From the NCBI GenBank assembly GCA_026387255.1, contig JAPLMA010000060.1, positions 465 through 64,464 on the forward strand: a stretch of 64,000 nucleotides of DNA. Reading direction: 5' to 3'. The number at the start of each line of letters is the position of its first letter. Positions within the stretch are counted from its first letter, which is position 1. A program made the position numbers and the translations under genes. Shown piece by piece: positions 40,698-50,206 of the stretch. The stretch comes from Candidatus Omnitrophota bacterium. Its GTDB lineage: Bacteria > Omnitrophota > Gorgyraeia > Gygaellales > Profunditerraquicolaceae. The notes under the pieces were generated by a model that searched no databases, had not been told where the DNA came from, and saw only the letters and a program-made list of their open reading frames with translations.

Positions 40698-41716
40698 TGA
40701 TTATTGTTTTAAAACCCGATGCTTCTTTAGAGCAAATTGATCATATTATTGAAAAAGTTAAAGCGCTGGGCTTGACTCCGCATGTCTCCAAGGGCTCAGA
40801 AAGAACAATCATCGGTGTTATTGGGCCGGAGGATATATTACGGATTACGCCCTTGGAAGTTTTTGGGGGAGTAGAGAATGTTATTCCGGTATTGGCACCA
40901 TTTCGGTTAGTTTCTCGGGAGTTTAAAAAAGAAGACTCAGTAATTGATTTAGGTAAGGGTGTAAAAATCGGAGGAAAAGAAGTAGTGATTATGGCTGGTC
41001 CATGCACCATTGAAAATATTGATAGTTTATTTGAGATTGCCCGAGAAGTTAAGAAAGCCGGTGCAACTGTACTGCGCGGAGGCGCTTTTAAACCCCGCAG
41101 TTCTCCTTATAGTTTTCAAGGTTTGGGTAAGGCCGGCTTGCAAATGCTTAAGCAGGTTGGCAATGAGTTAGATTTAGTTACTGTAAGTGAGGTTATGGAT
41201 AGTTGTGAGGTGGGTTTAGTTGCCGACTATGTGGATGTTTTGCAAATTGGCTGTCGTAATATGCAGAATTTTAACCTGGTAAAAGAGGTGGGCGCGACTA
41301 AAAAGCCCGTGGTTTTAAAACGAGGAATGGCTTCTACGGTTAAAGATATGCTCATGTCTGCGGAATACATATTAAGCGGTGGGAATTTTTCAGTAATTCT
41401 TTGCGAGAGAGGGATCCGCACTTTTGAAGATTCTACGCGTAATACTTTAGATATTAGTGCGGTACCGGTAACCAAACAGCTTTCGCATTTACCGATTATC
41501 ATTGATCCATCGCATGCTGCCGGAAAATGGAACTGGGTACCGGCTTTATCTAAAGCCGCGATTGCCGCCGGAGCCGATGGTTTAATCATTGAAGTGCATA
41601 ATCATCCGGAAGAAGCAGTTTCTGATGGGGCGCAGTCACTTATTCCAAGCAAATTCCTTGATCTGATGGGTGAACTTAAAGCCGTGGCTAATTCTGTAGG
41701 AAGGAAAATTTCATGA
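40697..41716 (+). CDS. aroF: DAHP synthase type I-beta with N-terminal ACT-like domain
   Basis: MAGPC, GGAFKPRSSPYSFQG, CERGIR, DPSH, SDGAQSL. Confidence 0.93.
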   Translation: MIIVLKPDASLEQIDHIIEKVKALGLTPHVSKGSERTIIGVIGPEDILRITPLEVFGGVENVIPVLAPFRLVSREFKKEDSVIDLGKGVKIGGKEVVIMAGPCTIENIDSLFEIAREVKKAGATVLRGGAFKPRSSPYSFQGLGKAGLQMLKQVGNELDLVTVSEVMDSCEVGLVADYVDVLQIGCRNMQNFNLVKEVGATKKPVVLKRGMASTVKDMLMSAEYILSGGNFSVILCERGIRTFEDSTRNTLDISAVPVTKQLSHLPIIIDPSHAAGKWNWVPALSKAAIAAGADGLIIEVHNHPEEAVSDGAQSLIPSKFLDLMGELKAVANSVGRKIS

Positions 41717-42543
41717 TTTTGTTTAATAAAATCGTAATTATCGGTACCGGCCTAATCGGAGGATCACTAGGCTTAGCCTTAAAGAAGCAGCATTTAGCCG
41801 GTTGTGTTATTGGTTTAAGCCGGCAGCGGAAAAATTCCAGGCGAGCTAAAAAGGTTGGTGCTATTGATGCCATTGGCTCTTCATTGGAGGTAGTGGCAGA
41901 TGCGGATTTAGTTATTTTAGCCACGCCCATTGATACAATCATTGATCTTGCTGGGAGGATTTCGAATAAATTAAAAAAAGGTTGCATTGTGATTGATGTT
42001 GGCAGCAGTAAAGAACGCATTGTCTCTAAATTAAGCGCTCTTATTCCTAATTTTTTAGGTTGCCATCCTTTGGCTGGATCCGAGAAAAGTGGAATTACTA
42101 ATTTACAAGATGGTATTTTTAAAGGTTCAATTTGCATTATTACTCCTACAGCTAAAACTAATCCTTATGCCTTAAATAAGGTTAAGTTGCTTTGGAATAA
42201 ACTGGGCGCCAAGATTGTTATTCTTTCCGCAAAAAAGCACGATCAGGCCCTGGCGTTTACTAGCCACTTGCCGCATGCATTAGCCTTTTCGTTAATTAGC
42301 GCAATACCGGAGAGATTCTTAAAAATAAGTTCTGGTAGTTTAAGAGATACGACACGAATTTCTAGCTCTGATGCCAATCTCTGGAGTGAAATATTTTTAA
42401 GTAATCGTGCTAACTTATTAACTGCCCTATCGATTTTTCAGATAAAACTCACCGCTTTAAAACTTGCCTTAGAAAGTGGGAATAAGAAACCTCTGGTAAG
42501 CATTCTTGTATCGGCAAATAAAAAACGAGAAAAATTAAAATGA
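41713..42543 (+). CDS. tyrA: Prephenate dehydrogenase
   Basis: GTGLIGGS, DVGSSK, HPLAGSE, SHLPH, RDTTRI. Confidence 0.9.
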   Translation: MILFNKIVIIGTGLIGGSLGLALKKQHLAGCVIGLSRQRKNSRRAKKVGAIDAIGSSLEVVADADLVILATPIDTIIDLAGRISNKLKKGCIVIDVGSSKERIVSKLSALIPNFLGCHPLAGSEKSGITNLQDGIFKGSICIITPTAKTNPYALNKVKLLWNKLGAKIVILSAKKHDQALAFTSHLPHALAFSLISAIPERFLKISSGSLRDTTRISSSDANLWSEIFLSNRANLLTALSIFQIKLTALKLALESGNKKPLVSILVSANKKREKLK

Positions 42544-43193
42544 TTATTGCTATTGACGGCCCAGCAGGAGCAGGGAAAAGCACCGTGGCTAAGATTTTGG
42601 CGCAAAAGCTGGGTTTTCTTTATATTGATACCGGGGCAATGTATCGGGCTCTGACTTGGAAAGTTTTAGAGAATAATGTGCCAATAAATGATGCGCAAAA
42701 AATTATTCAACTGGCTCAGGGGATTAAAATTGACCTGCGCAACAATTCAGATGGATCATTAACGGTTATGCTTGATGGCAAAGATGTTTCATTAGCTATC
42801 CGCCAGGCGAGGATTACGCAGTTTGTTTCGGATGTGGCTAAGCTTAAAGAGGTGCGCCAGGTATTGGTGCAGATGCAAAGAGAGTTTGGCCAAAAAGGAG
42901 ACTGCGTTTTAGACGGCAGGGATATTGGCACGGTTGTTTTTCCATCTGCTGCGAAAAAGTTTTTTATTGATGCTTCCGCAGCTGAGCGGGTCAAGCGACG
43001 TTTCGAAGAATTAAAAGTTCTGGGTCAGTCGGTTTCAGAAAATGAAGTAGCTGGCGATTTAGCTAATCGGGATAAAATTGATTCTACCCGAGAGACTTCG
43101 CCTTTACGCCAAGCGCCAGATGCAATTTATATTGATACAACGGATTTATCAATAGAACAAGTTGTAGCTAAGATGCTTGGATTTATAAGATAA
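42540..43193 (+). CDS. cmk: Cytidylate kinase
   Basis: IDGPAGAGKST, DTGAMYR, DGRDIGT, RDKIDSTR..SPL. Confidence 0.95.
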   Translation: MIIAIDGPAGAGKSTVAKILAQKLGFLYIDTGAMYRALTWKVLENNVPINDAQKIIQLAQGIKIDLRNNSDGSLTVMLDGKDVSLAIRQARITQFVSDVAKLKEVRQVLVQMQREFGQKGDCVLDGRDIGTVVFPSAAKKFFIDASAAERVKRRFEELKVLGQSVSENEVAGDLANRDKIDSTRETSPLRQAPDAIYIDTTDLSIEQVVAKMLGFIR

Positions 43194-44993
43194 ATGGATA
43201 GGACATTACTTAGGAATTTTTCGATTATTGCGCATATTGACCATGGTAAATCTACTTTAGCTGACCGAATATTAGAGATTACCGGAGCGGTTGATCTGCG
43301 GCATAAAGGCGATCAACTCCTAGATGATATGGAGCTGGAAAAGGAACGGGGCATTACGATTAAAGCTTCAATGGTTAGGTTGAATTATTTTTCTAAAAAA
43401 TTTAATCAAGAATATACCTTAAACCTTATTGATACTCCCGGCCACGTAGATTTTACTTATGAAGTATCTAAGTCTTTAGCTGCCTGTGAAGGTGCGGTGT
43501 TGGTAGTAGATGCCGGCCAAGGGATTGAAGCACAAACTGTAGCAAATTATTATCTGGCCTTAGAAAACAATCTACAGGTTATCCCGGTAATTAATAAAGT
43601 GGATTTAATTTCTGCCGATGTGAGCCGGGTTAAAATGCAGGTAGAGACTGTTTTGGGGTTTAAAGAAGAAGAGATTATCCTGGCTTCCGCCAAAGAAGGT
43701 CAGGGAGTGATTGAAATCCTAGACAGGATTATTCAAACGATTCCTAGTCCTGGTGGCCAAATAGAGGGAGCACTTAAAGCTTTAATTTTTGACTGTCGTT
43801 TTGATGCTTTTAAAGGAGTAGTAGTTTTTGTAAAAATTATTGATGGGATGATTACTCCTAAAACACAATTGAAAATGTTTCATGCCGGCAAGGTTTACAA
43901 AATCGAAGAATTGGGTGTTTTTAAAGACTTGAAATATTCTGCCGTAGATAGTTTGACCTGCGGTGAAGTGGGGTATTTTACCGCTAACATGCGTGATCCT
44001 CGGGAGGTAATTATCGGAGACACAATTACCGATCCGAAAAATCCCTGCCAGCAGGCTTTGCCCGGTTACCGCAAGGTTAAACCTTTGGTATTCTGTGGTA
44101 TTTATCCGGTCAACCCGGCGGATTTTACGGAATTGCGCGATGCCATGGATAAATTAAAGCTTTCTGATGCTTCTTTTGTGTTTGAACCGGAAAATTCCCA
44201 GTCTTTTGGAACAGGTTTTCGTTGCGGATTTCTGGGCCTTTTGCATATGGAAATTGTTCAAGAAAGGCTTGAGCGCGAGTATGACTTAAATCTTATTCTT
44301 ACCGTGCCGAATGTCGTTTATCGCATAAAAACAAAGTCCGGAGAGCTGATAGAAGTAGATACGCCAATGAAGCTTTGTGCATCCGGCGATATTGCCGAAG
44401 CGCAAGAGCCATTTGCCAGTTTGCTAATGATTGTGCCGGTTGATTCTATAGAGGCAATTTGCGATTTTACTAAATCTCGCCGAGGAGTATTTGTTTCCAA
44501 TGAATATTTAGGTGAGGACCGCGTAAAAGTAGTATTTTCGATCCCGCTTTCTGAAATTATTGTGGATTTTTATGATCGCATGAAATCGATTACCCGGGGT
44601 TATGGTTCTATGGATTACGAAGTTAAGGAATATCTACCGACAAAAATAGTTAAACTTGACATCTTGTTAAATGGCCAAATTTGCGATGCTTTTTCTTCGC
44701 TAATGTTTAAAGAAAAGGCAATGAGCAAAGCGCACTTGCTAGTTTCTAAGCTTAAAGAGTTGATTCCGCGACAACTCTTTGAAGTAACTATTCAGGCCTC
44801 AGTAGGCAGTCAGATTCTAGCTTCGGAAAAAGTGCGCTCTGTCGGTAAAAATGCCACCAGTAAGTGTTCCGGTGGCGATATTACCCGTAAGCGCAAACTT
44901 TGGGAGACTCAGAAAAAAGGTAAGCAGAGGCTGAAGCAATTTGGCAAAGTACAGATACCACAAGAAGCATTTCTGGAGATATTAAAAATATGA
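43194..44993 (+). CDS. lepA: Elongation factor 4
   Basis: IIAHIDHGKSTLAD, GFRCGFLGLLH, IPRQLF, GGDITRKRKL. Confidence 0.97.
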   Translation: MDRTLLRNFSIIAHIDHGKSTLADRILEITGAVDLRHKGDQLLDDMELEKERGITIKASMVRLNYFSKKFNQEYTLNLIDTPGHVDFTYEVSKSLAACEGAVLVVDAGQGIEAQTVANYYLALENNLQVIPVINKVDLISADVSRVKMQVETVLGFKEEEIILASAKEGQGVIEILDRIIQTIPSPGGQIEGALKALIFDCRFDAFKGVVVFVKIIDGMITPKTQLKMFHAGKVYKIEELGVFKDLKYSAVDSLTCGEVGYFTANMRDPREVIIGDTITDPKNPCQQALPGYRKVKPLVFCGIYPVNPADFTELRDAMDKLKLSDASFVFEPENSQSFGTGFRCGFLGLLHMEIVQERLEREYDLNLILTVPNVVYRIKTKSGELIEVDTPMKLCASGDIAEAQEPFASLLMIVPVDSIEAICDFTKSRRGVFVSNEYLGEDRVKVVFSIPLSEIIVDFYDRMKSITRGYGSMDYEVKEYLPTKIVKLDILLNGQICDAFSSLMFKEKAMSKAHLLVSKLKELIPRQLFEVTIQASVGSQILASEKVRSVGKNATSKCSGGDITRKRKLWETQKKGKQRLKQFGKVQIPQEAFLEILKI

Positions 44994-45565
44994 GTTTAAA
45001 GAAAAAATCCGTAATCCGTGACTGGATCGAATCAATTATCATTGCTTTTCTGTTGGCTTTAGTCATCCGTGCTTTCTTAGTTCAAGCCTTTAAAATTCCT
45101 ACCGGGAGCATGCGCATGACTTTAATTGAAGGTGACCTGATTCTGGTAAATAAATTTATTTATGGGGCAAAGATTCCTTTTACCAACTTGCGCCTGCCTG
45201 CACTGCGCCAGCCAAAAAGAGGGGATGTGATTGTTTTTATTTACCCGGAAGATAAGAGCAAAGATTTTATTAAAAGGTTGGTCGGGCTTCCCGGTGATTT
45301 GGTTGAAATTAAAGGTGGTTCAATTTATATTAATGATAAACCCGCTGCGGAAGCAATTTTTAATCAGATTTATTATTATAACCGAGGCCAATTGGCTTTG
45401 CCGGGACAAATGATGGTTGTGCCTGCGGATAGCTATTTTGTTTTAGGTGATAATTCTGCTACTTCTAAAGATAGCCGCTATTGGGGATTTGTACCCAAAA
45501 ATAATTTACTGGGGAAAGCAATAATTATCTATTGGCCGCTGCAACGTATAAAGTTAATTAAATGA
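44990..45565 (+). CDS. lepB: Signal peptidase I
   Basis: IPTGSM, FIKRLVGLPGD, GDNS..S.DSRYWG. Confidence 0.95.
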   Translation: MSLKKKSVIRDWIESIIIAFLLALVIRAFLVQAFKIPTGSMRMTLIEGDLILVNKFIYGAKIPFTNLRLPALRQPKRGDVIVFIYPEDKSKDFIKRLVGLPGDLVEIKGGSIYINDKPAAEAIFNQIYYYNRGQLALPGQMMVVPADSYFVLGDNSATSKDSRYWGFVPKNNLLGKAIIIYWPLQRIKLIK

Positions 45566-45632
45566 ACCCATTCCTGCAGATGGTTCATTTTGACAAAGTT
45601 ATGAATTCAATAAGCAAGAGAGGAAGAGCTAG

Positions 45633-46196
45633 ATGAACATTGCTAATAAGATTTCTACATTCCGTATCTTAAGTGTTCCATTTTTTATTGCTTGCCTGGT
45701 TTATTACGCACCAGAAAAAGTATATTTAAAAAATTTGGCTTTAGCTATATTTGTTTTGGGCGTTATTTCTGATGGTTTAGATGGCTATATCGCCAGAAAG
45801 ACCAAGATGCAATCAAAAGCAGGATTAATTTTAGATCCGTTGGGTGATAAGCTTTTGTTAATGAGTGCTTTTATATTTTTATCACCAATCTGCCGGTTGG
45901 GATTAAAATTTCCGCTTTGGGTGAGTTTTATTGTGATCTCGCGGGACTTAATTATTATTATGGGGGCAGTGGTTATCTATATCGTTAAGCAGAATTTAGA
46001 TGTCCATCCCACCAAATTGGGTAAGCTGACCACTATTTTTCAGATGCTTTCGGTGGTTTGTGTTTTATTGCAATGGAAGCTGGCGATCTTGATTTGGTGG
46101 CCGGCAGTAATTTTTAGCGTTATTTCAGGGATCGATTACGTAAAAAGAGGGTTTAAAATTTTATATGCTTCCGACAATCATCGCGCTACTAGCTAG
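45633..46196 (+). CDS. CDP-alcohol phosphatidyltransferase (PgsA-like)
   Basis: SDGLDGYIAR...G..LDPLGDK. Confidence 0.88.
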   Translation: MNIANKISTFRILSVPFFIACLVYYAPEKVYLKNLALAIFVLGVISDGLDGYIARKTKMQSKAGLILDPLGDKLLLMSAFIFLSPICRLGLKFPLWVSFIVISRDLIIIMGAVVIYIVKQNLDVHPTKLGKLTTIFQMLSVVCVLLQWKLAILIWWPAVIFSVISGIDYVKRGFKILYASDNHRATS

Positions 46197-46803
46197 TTAT
46201 TTATTAGGCTCTATACCTACGGCTTATCTTTTTGGCAAGGCTCTAAAAGGGATAGATATCCGCAAGGTTGGATCAGGTAATGTGGGGGCAACCAATGCCC
46301 TGCGTGTCCTGGGAAAAGGTGCCGGCATAACGGTGCTACTTTTGGATATATTAAAAGGCTTGATCGCAGTTACTTTTTTGGCGAACTTTTTTGTCTTTAA
46401 GACTATATTAGGGCAGGAACAAAACTTACGTATTTTCATGGGGTTATGTTGTATTTGCGGCCACAATTGGACTATCTTCTTACAGTTTAAAGGAGGAAAG
46501 GGAATCGCTACTTCATTCGGTGTATTGTTAGGCCTGGCGATGAAAATACCCGGATTAAATATAATAGTTGGATTAATAATCTTATCCTGGTTTCTTGTTT
46601 TTTTTAGCTTTAGAATGGTCTCACTAGCTTCAATTGCAGCAGCTTTGACTTTACCAATTTATTGTTTTCTATTTAAACAGCCCTTGTTGCTTATCGGGCT
46701 GGGTTTATTCCTCTGTATTTTTGTAATCATCCGGCATAAAGCCAATCTGGTGAGGATCTTTCAAGGCAAAGAACCTCATTTGTACTTTAACCATCCCAAG
46801 TAA
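46165..46803 (+). CDS. plsY: Glycerol-3-phosphate acyltransferase
   Basis: YLLGSIP, GSGNVGATN, FKGGKGIAT, RHKANL.R. Confidence 0.95.
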   Translation: MLPTIIALLASYLLGSIPTAYLFGKALKGIDIRKVGSGNVGATNALRVLGKGAGITVLLLDILKGLIAVTFLANFFVFKTILGQEQNLRIFMGLCCICGHNWTIFLQFKGGKGIATSFGVLLGLAMKIPGLNIIVGLIILSWFLVFFSFRMVSLASIAAALTLPIYCFLFKQPLLLIGLGLFLCIFVIIRHKANLVRIFQGKEPHLYFNHPK

Positions 46804-46840
46804 TAAACCTCGTCGGTAATTTTAGCAACCGCTTTCTTTC

Positions 46841-46874
46841 TTAGGCTAAATTGTATTGATTTAGCCTAATTTTT
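46841..46874 (+). terminator. Intrinsic terminator after plsY
   Basis: TTAGGCTAAAT/ATTTAGCCTAA stem plus T-run. Confidence 0.6.
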
Positions 46875-46922
46875 CTTGCATACTTTACTTGAAATTAAAA
46901 GTATCTCACCAGCCACAGGAGA

Positions 46923-46954
46923 AACCGGGTTACCAGCAAAATGGTAACCCGGTT
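46923..46954. repeat. Perfect 13-bp-stem palindrome
   Basis: AACCGGGTTACCA-GCAAAA-TGGTAACCCGGTT just upstream of the RBS of 46972. Confidence 0.7.
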
Positions 46955-46971
46955 AACTAAAGGAATAGTAA

Positions 46972-47310
46972 ATGCGAGATCTACTTTATAAAAATTTGAC
47001 TTCTCCTAATCGGGGCCGTAAAATAATCGCTAGCTCTGAGATAACCGAAAAAGACGGCGTGCATAGTGTAGTGCGCCGGCATTTTGCTTATATCGTCAAA
47101 TCAATTAAAAGCAGCGCTGAAATTAAAACACAGCCTTATCTCTATGTCTTAAAGGAACGAAATACTAAACAGAAACGGGAGCATTTTTTTTGCAAGATAA
47201 AAGGAAGTATTCTGGCGTTAAATCAAGGAAAATTAATGCATATTTCATTTCTCCATACCTTAAATGTTGAGCTTACTGCCTCTGTAAAATTAAGCCCAAC
47301 AAATTGGTAA
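46972..47310 (+). CDS. Hypothetical basic protein
   Basis: 112-aa ORF with AAGGA RBS; no family recognised. Confidence 0.55.
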   Translation: MRDLLYKNLTSPNRGRKIIASSEITEKDGVHSVVRRHFAYIVKSIKSSAEIKTQPYLYVLKERNTKQKREHFFCKIKGSILALNQGKLMHISFLHTLNVELTASVKLSPTNW

Positions 47311-47325
47311 ATCGGCTGATTTTTG

Positions 47326-47353
47326 TTGACATATATTTCTAGTTGCATATAAT
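47326..47353 (+). promoter_or_regulatory. sigma70-type promoter (near-leaderless)
   Basis: TTGACA-16 bp-TATAAT; 9 nt between the -10 box and the ATG. Confidence 0.6.
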
Positions 47354-47362
47354 AATAGCAGT

Positions 47363-50113
47363 ATGTTAAAGCTATTATTTAAATATAACTGCATAGCGCT
47401 AGTTTCTTTAGCGCTATTATTTTTATCCACGACTTCAGTTTTTGCAGAAAGCCAAGCCGTAGATTATCTTTGTGAATTGGGTAAAAGCTTTTATTCTCTG
47501 GGTAAAGCTGAAGATGCCCTTGCGGAATTTAATAAGGTTCTACTGGTTGATCCTGACAATCAGCTGGCCAAAGAGTATATCAGCAAGATATTTAATGAGA
47601 ATTCATCTGCTCAAGAGCTCACATCCCCATTATCAAAGGAAGAGGCCATGAATCAAGAGTTGGCTAAGTTTAAGCAGCAGCAAGTTGCTACTGCTTATCT
47701 TTATGGTTACCCGGATTTAATACCCAAGGAAAAAGAGGTAGATCGGGGATTAAAGGTTGGCCCGTTAAAAATAACCGGAGAGACACAACTTAGTTTTGGA
47801 ATCACTCCAGGTGATTTTATCTGGAAAAGAGCTAACTTTGATTTAAATGAAAAATATAATAGTTGGCGCCCAACGTCATATGCTGGATTTAACCGTGGCT
47901 TTAATACGTATGACCCCAGAATCTATGATTCGCTAAGCGTAAATGTGGATACGGAGAATAAAGATGGTTTAAATTTTCATACTAATGTTACTGTTGATCC
48001 CTGGAGTTTCACCGGAAAAAGTAATAAAATTACAGTTACTAATCTGGCGGGTACTGATTCTGCTGATTTACAGTTGTATTATTGGTCAAATACCGGGTAT
48101 ACAGTAAATAATAATATATTCTCAGTATTAGGCACTACTTTAAATGTGCCTGAAATAAAGGTAGCTGATGGCCAAACCAATGCTATGGATATATCAAATA
48201 CACCGGCAACAAATGCCAATACATTTAGTATTCCAGCATTGAAGATTTATCGTGAATTTCAACCGGTGCGCGAGTTATGGTTAGATTATACTAATGACCA
48301 GATTAAGTTTCGGGCTTTCCCGATTGGGTATCAGGATCAGGCTTATTCATCAGATGACCCTATGGGCATAACCAATCGTCATATCTGGTGGCAGGATAGT
48401 CCATGGCTGCGAAGGTATCTTCCCGGAACCTATCGTTCTGCTGGTACAGCCGCCCCAAGTTTTACTAAAGGCTACTGGGATGATTCGCTTTCATTTTTAT
48501 CTAAAGATAGTACCGGTAAGTATCTTACCGCGTTAAGAGGTTTTTCGTTTTCTTTTGCTCCGCAAGAGCAAACATCTTTTGATACCACGATTGCCACACC
48601 AAAACATCTTTGGCAGGATTACGGAGTGGTCGATAATCTCATCTCGGCCAGCCGCTTAAAACATTACTTTACGGATAGTTTTATGCTCGGTGGCACGTTT
48701 ACTACGCGCACAGGATTTAAAACTGACCCGCAAAAGCTGGATAGTGAAAACTTTGTCGGTGGCCTAGATTTAGGTTATGAGATCATTGATGGCATGAAGG
48801 CGCAGGCAGAAATTTTGACCTCGCAATCTTTTTACGATATGACTAACTCTGATTATAAAACTAAAGCCCGCGGGAATGCCTATTATTTTGCTTTTATCGG
48901 CCGCTATCCACAGAAAAGTATTATGGATTTAAAATACGGTTACGATGAAATTACTATCGATAAGGATGAAAACTATCTTTTGAAAAGCAAGTTTTATCTA
49001 AGTCGTATGGATAAAGGGTTTGATGCATCATTATCTAACTTTAGCAATACGCGTCAGGATACTGGCTGGAGCAGGCATATTCATTTTCGCCGGCCCATGG
49101 AGTATTATTATCTTGGCTTAACTAAACCTGCGGATGCGGATAAATGGGGACAGCTTAATGCCACGCGTATTGGCGATGGTATTGACGCAGGGAGAAATAC
49201 TTTAGGTTTTCGTTTTGAGACATTTTTAGATGATCGATTATATAATCTCTTCGATCTGCGTAATGTACATGATATAAATGGAAAATTTATTGAAAATGTC
49301 GTACGTGATGAGCTTTCGGTAAGAGTCACTGACAAATTAACGGCTAAAGTTTTAGGTATTTATCAAAAACTTCCCAAGACATTGGGTGGTACTGACCCTT
49401 TTATTTATTCCGGCAATACGGGTGATTATTATTTAAATTCAGCCGTTACTGATGGTCAGGACCCCACCATAAAAACAGGATCTTTTGGCTTAAATTACGA
49501 CTTTTTCGATTGGTTAAGTTTAGATGGTATTTATGAACGTACTAATGATTATTCTTTAGGCTATGATAATTTTCCGCGCAATGTCTTAAGAAATGATTCT
49601 ACTTTAAATAGTGTTTATTATCAAAATGATCTGGCTTATCGTTATGTAAACCCGTTTCTCTACCAACAAGAGAATTTCCCTCAAGCGCCATATGAGTTTT
49701 ATAATATTTTTAAAATGGGGTTAAGGGTTTCTCCTCTAGAGAATATGGATATCTACTTAGATTATACACGTAACGAATTCCAGGCTGCAAGTTTAAACTC
49801 GGATAATATGAACCATGTGGGCCTGGAGATGACTTATATGCCGACTCCAAAATTCGGTATGTTGCTTAAGTATATATATTCACGTTGCCAGGATGTTGAC
49901 CGGTTAGTAAGTGGAATCACAGAGCCTGTAGGCCACCACAACTTTTACGGTGAATTCAGGTATCTTCCTTCCAAGGATGACGAAATTATTCTGCAATACG
50001 GAGAAGGCAACTCTAGTGCCATCGGCAATATGAATTTAGATCCCTATGGTGGCAGCATGCTTACTTTAGATACACAGCATATTATCCGCGCTTATTACCG
50101 CCGCAGATTTTAA
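47363..50113 (+). CDS. Large exported protein: TPR followed by a putative outer-membrane beta-barrel
   Basis: Signal peptide, single TPR (LGKSFY..GK.EDALAEFNKVLLVDPDN), Tyr/Asp/Gly-rich amphipathic strands, C-terminal Phe. Confidence 0.6.
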   Translation: MLKLLFKYNCIALVSLALLFLSTTSVFAESQAVDYLCELGKSFYSLGKAEDALAEFNKVLLVDPDNQLAKEYISKIFNENSSAQELTSPLSKEEAMNQELAKFKQQQVATAYLYGYPDLIPKEKEVDRGLKVGPLKITGETQLSFGITPGDFIWKRANFDLNEKYNSWRPTSYAGFNRGFNTYDPRIYDSLSVNVDTENKDGLNFHTNVTVDPWSFTGKSNKITVTNLAGTDSADLQLYYWSNTGYTVNNNIFSVLGTTLNVPEIKVADGQTNAMDISNTPATNANTFSIPALKIYREFQPVRELWLDYTNDQIKFRAFPIGYQDQAYSSDDPMGITNRHIWWQDSPWLRRYLPGTYRSAGTAAPSFTKGYWDDSLSFLSKDSTGKYLTALRGFSFSFAPQEQTSFDTTIATPKHLWQDYGVVDNLISASRLKHYFTDSFMLGGTFTTRTGFKTDPQKLDSENFVGGLDLGYEIIDGMKAQAEILTSQSFYDMTNSDYKTKARGNAYYFAFIGRYPQKSIMDLKYGYDEITIDKDENYLLKSKFYLSRMDKGFDASLSNFSNTRQDTGWSRHIHFRRPMEYYYLGLTKPADADKWGQLNATRIGDGIDAGRNTLGFRFETFLDDRLYNLFDLRNVHDINGKFIENVVRDELSVRVTDKLTAKVLGIYQKLPKTLGGTDPFIYSGNTGDYYLNSAVTDGQDPTIKTGSFGLNYDFFDWLSLDGIYERTNDYSLGYDNFPRNVLRNDSTLNSVYYQNDLAYRYVNPFLYQQENFPQAPYEFYNIFKMGLRVSPLENMDIYLDYTRNEFQAASLNSDNMNHVGLEMTYMPTPKFGMLLKYIYSRCQDVDRLVSGITEPVGHHNFYGEFRYLPSKDDEIILQYGEGNSSAIGNMNLDPYGGSMLTLDTQHIIRAYYRRRF

Positions 50114-50128
50114 TACTAAAAAATAATC

Positions 50129-50206
50129 CGGGTAGTTAGTAGCCAGTAGTTAGTATATAGGGTTATCCTAAATGCTATCTACTAACTACTGGCTACCCGT
50201 TTTTTT
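50129..50206. terminator. Long hairpin of heptamer repeats between convergent genes
   Basis: GTAGCCAGTAGTTAGTATATAG/CTATCTACTAACTACTGGCTAC (21/22) followed by a T-run. Confidence 0.7.
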
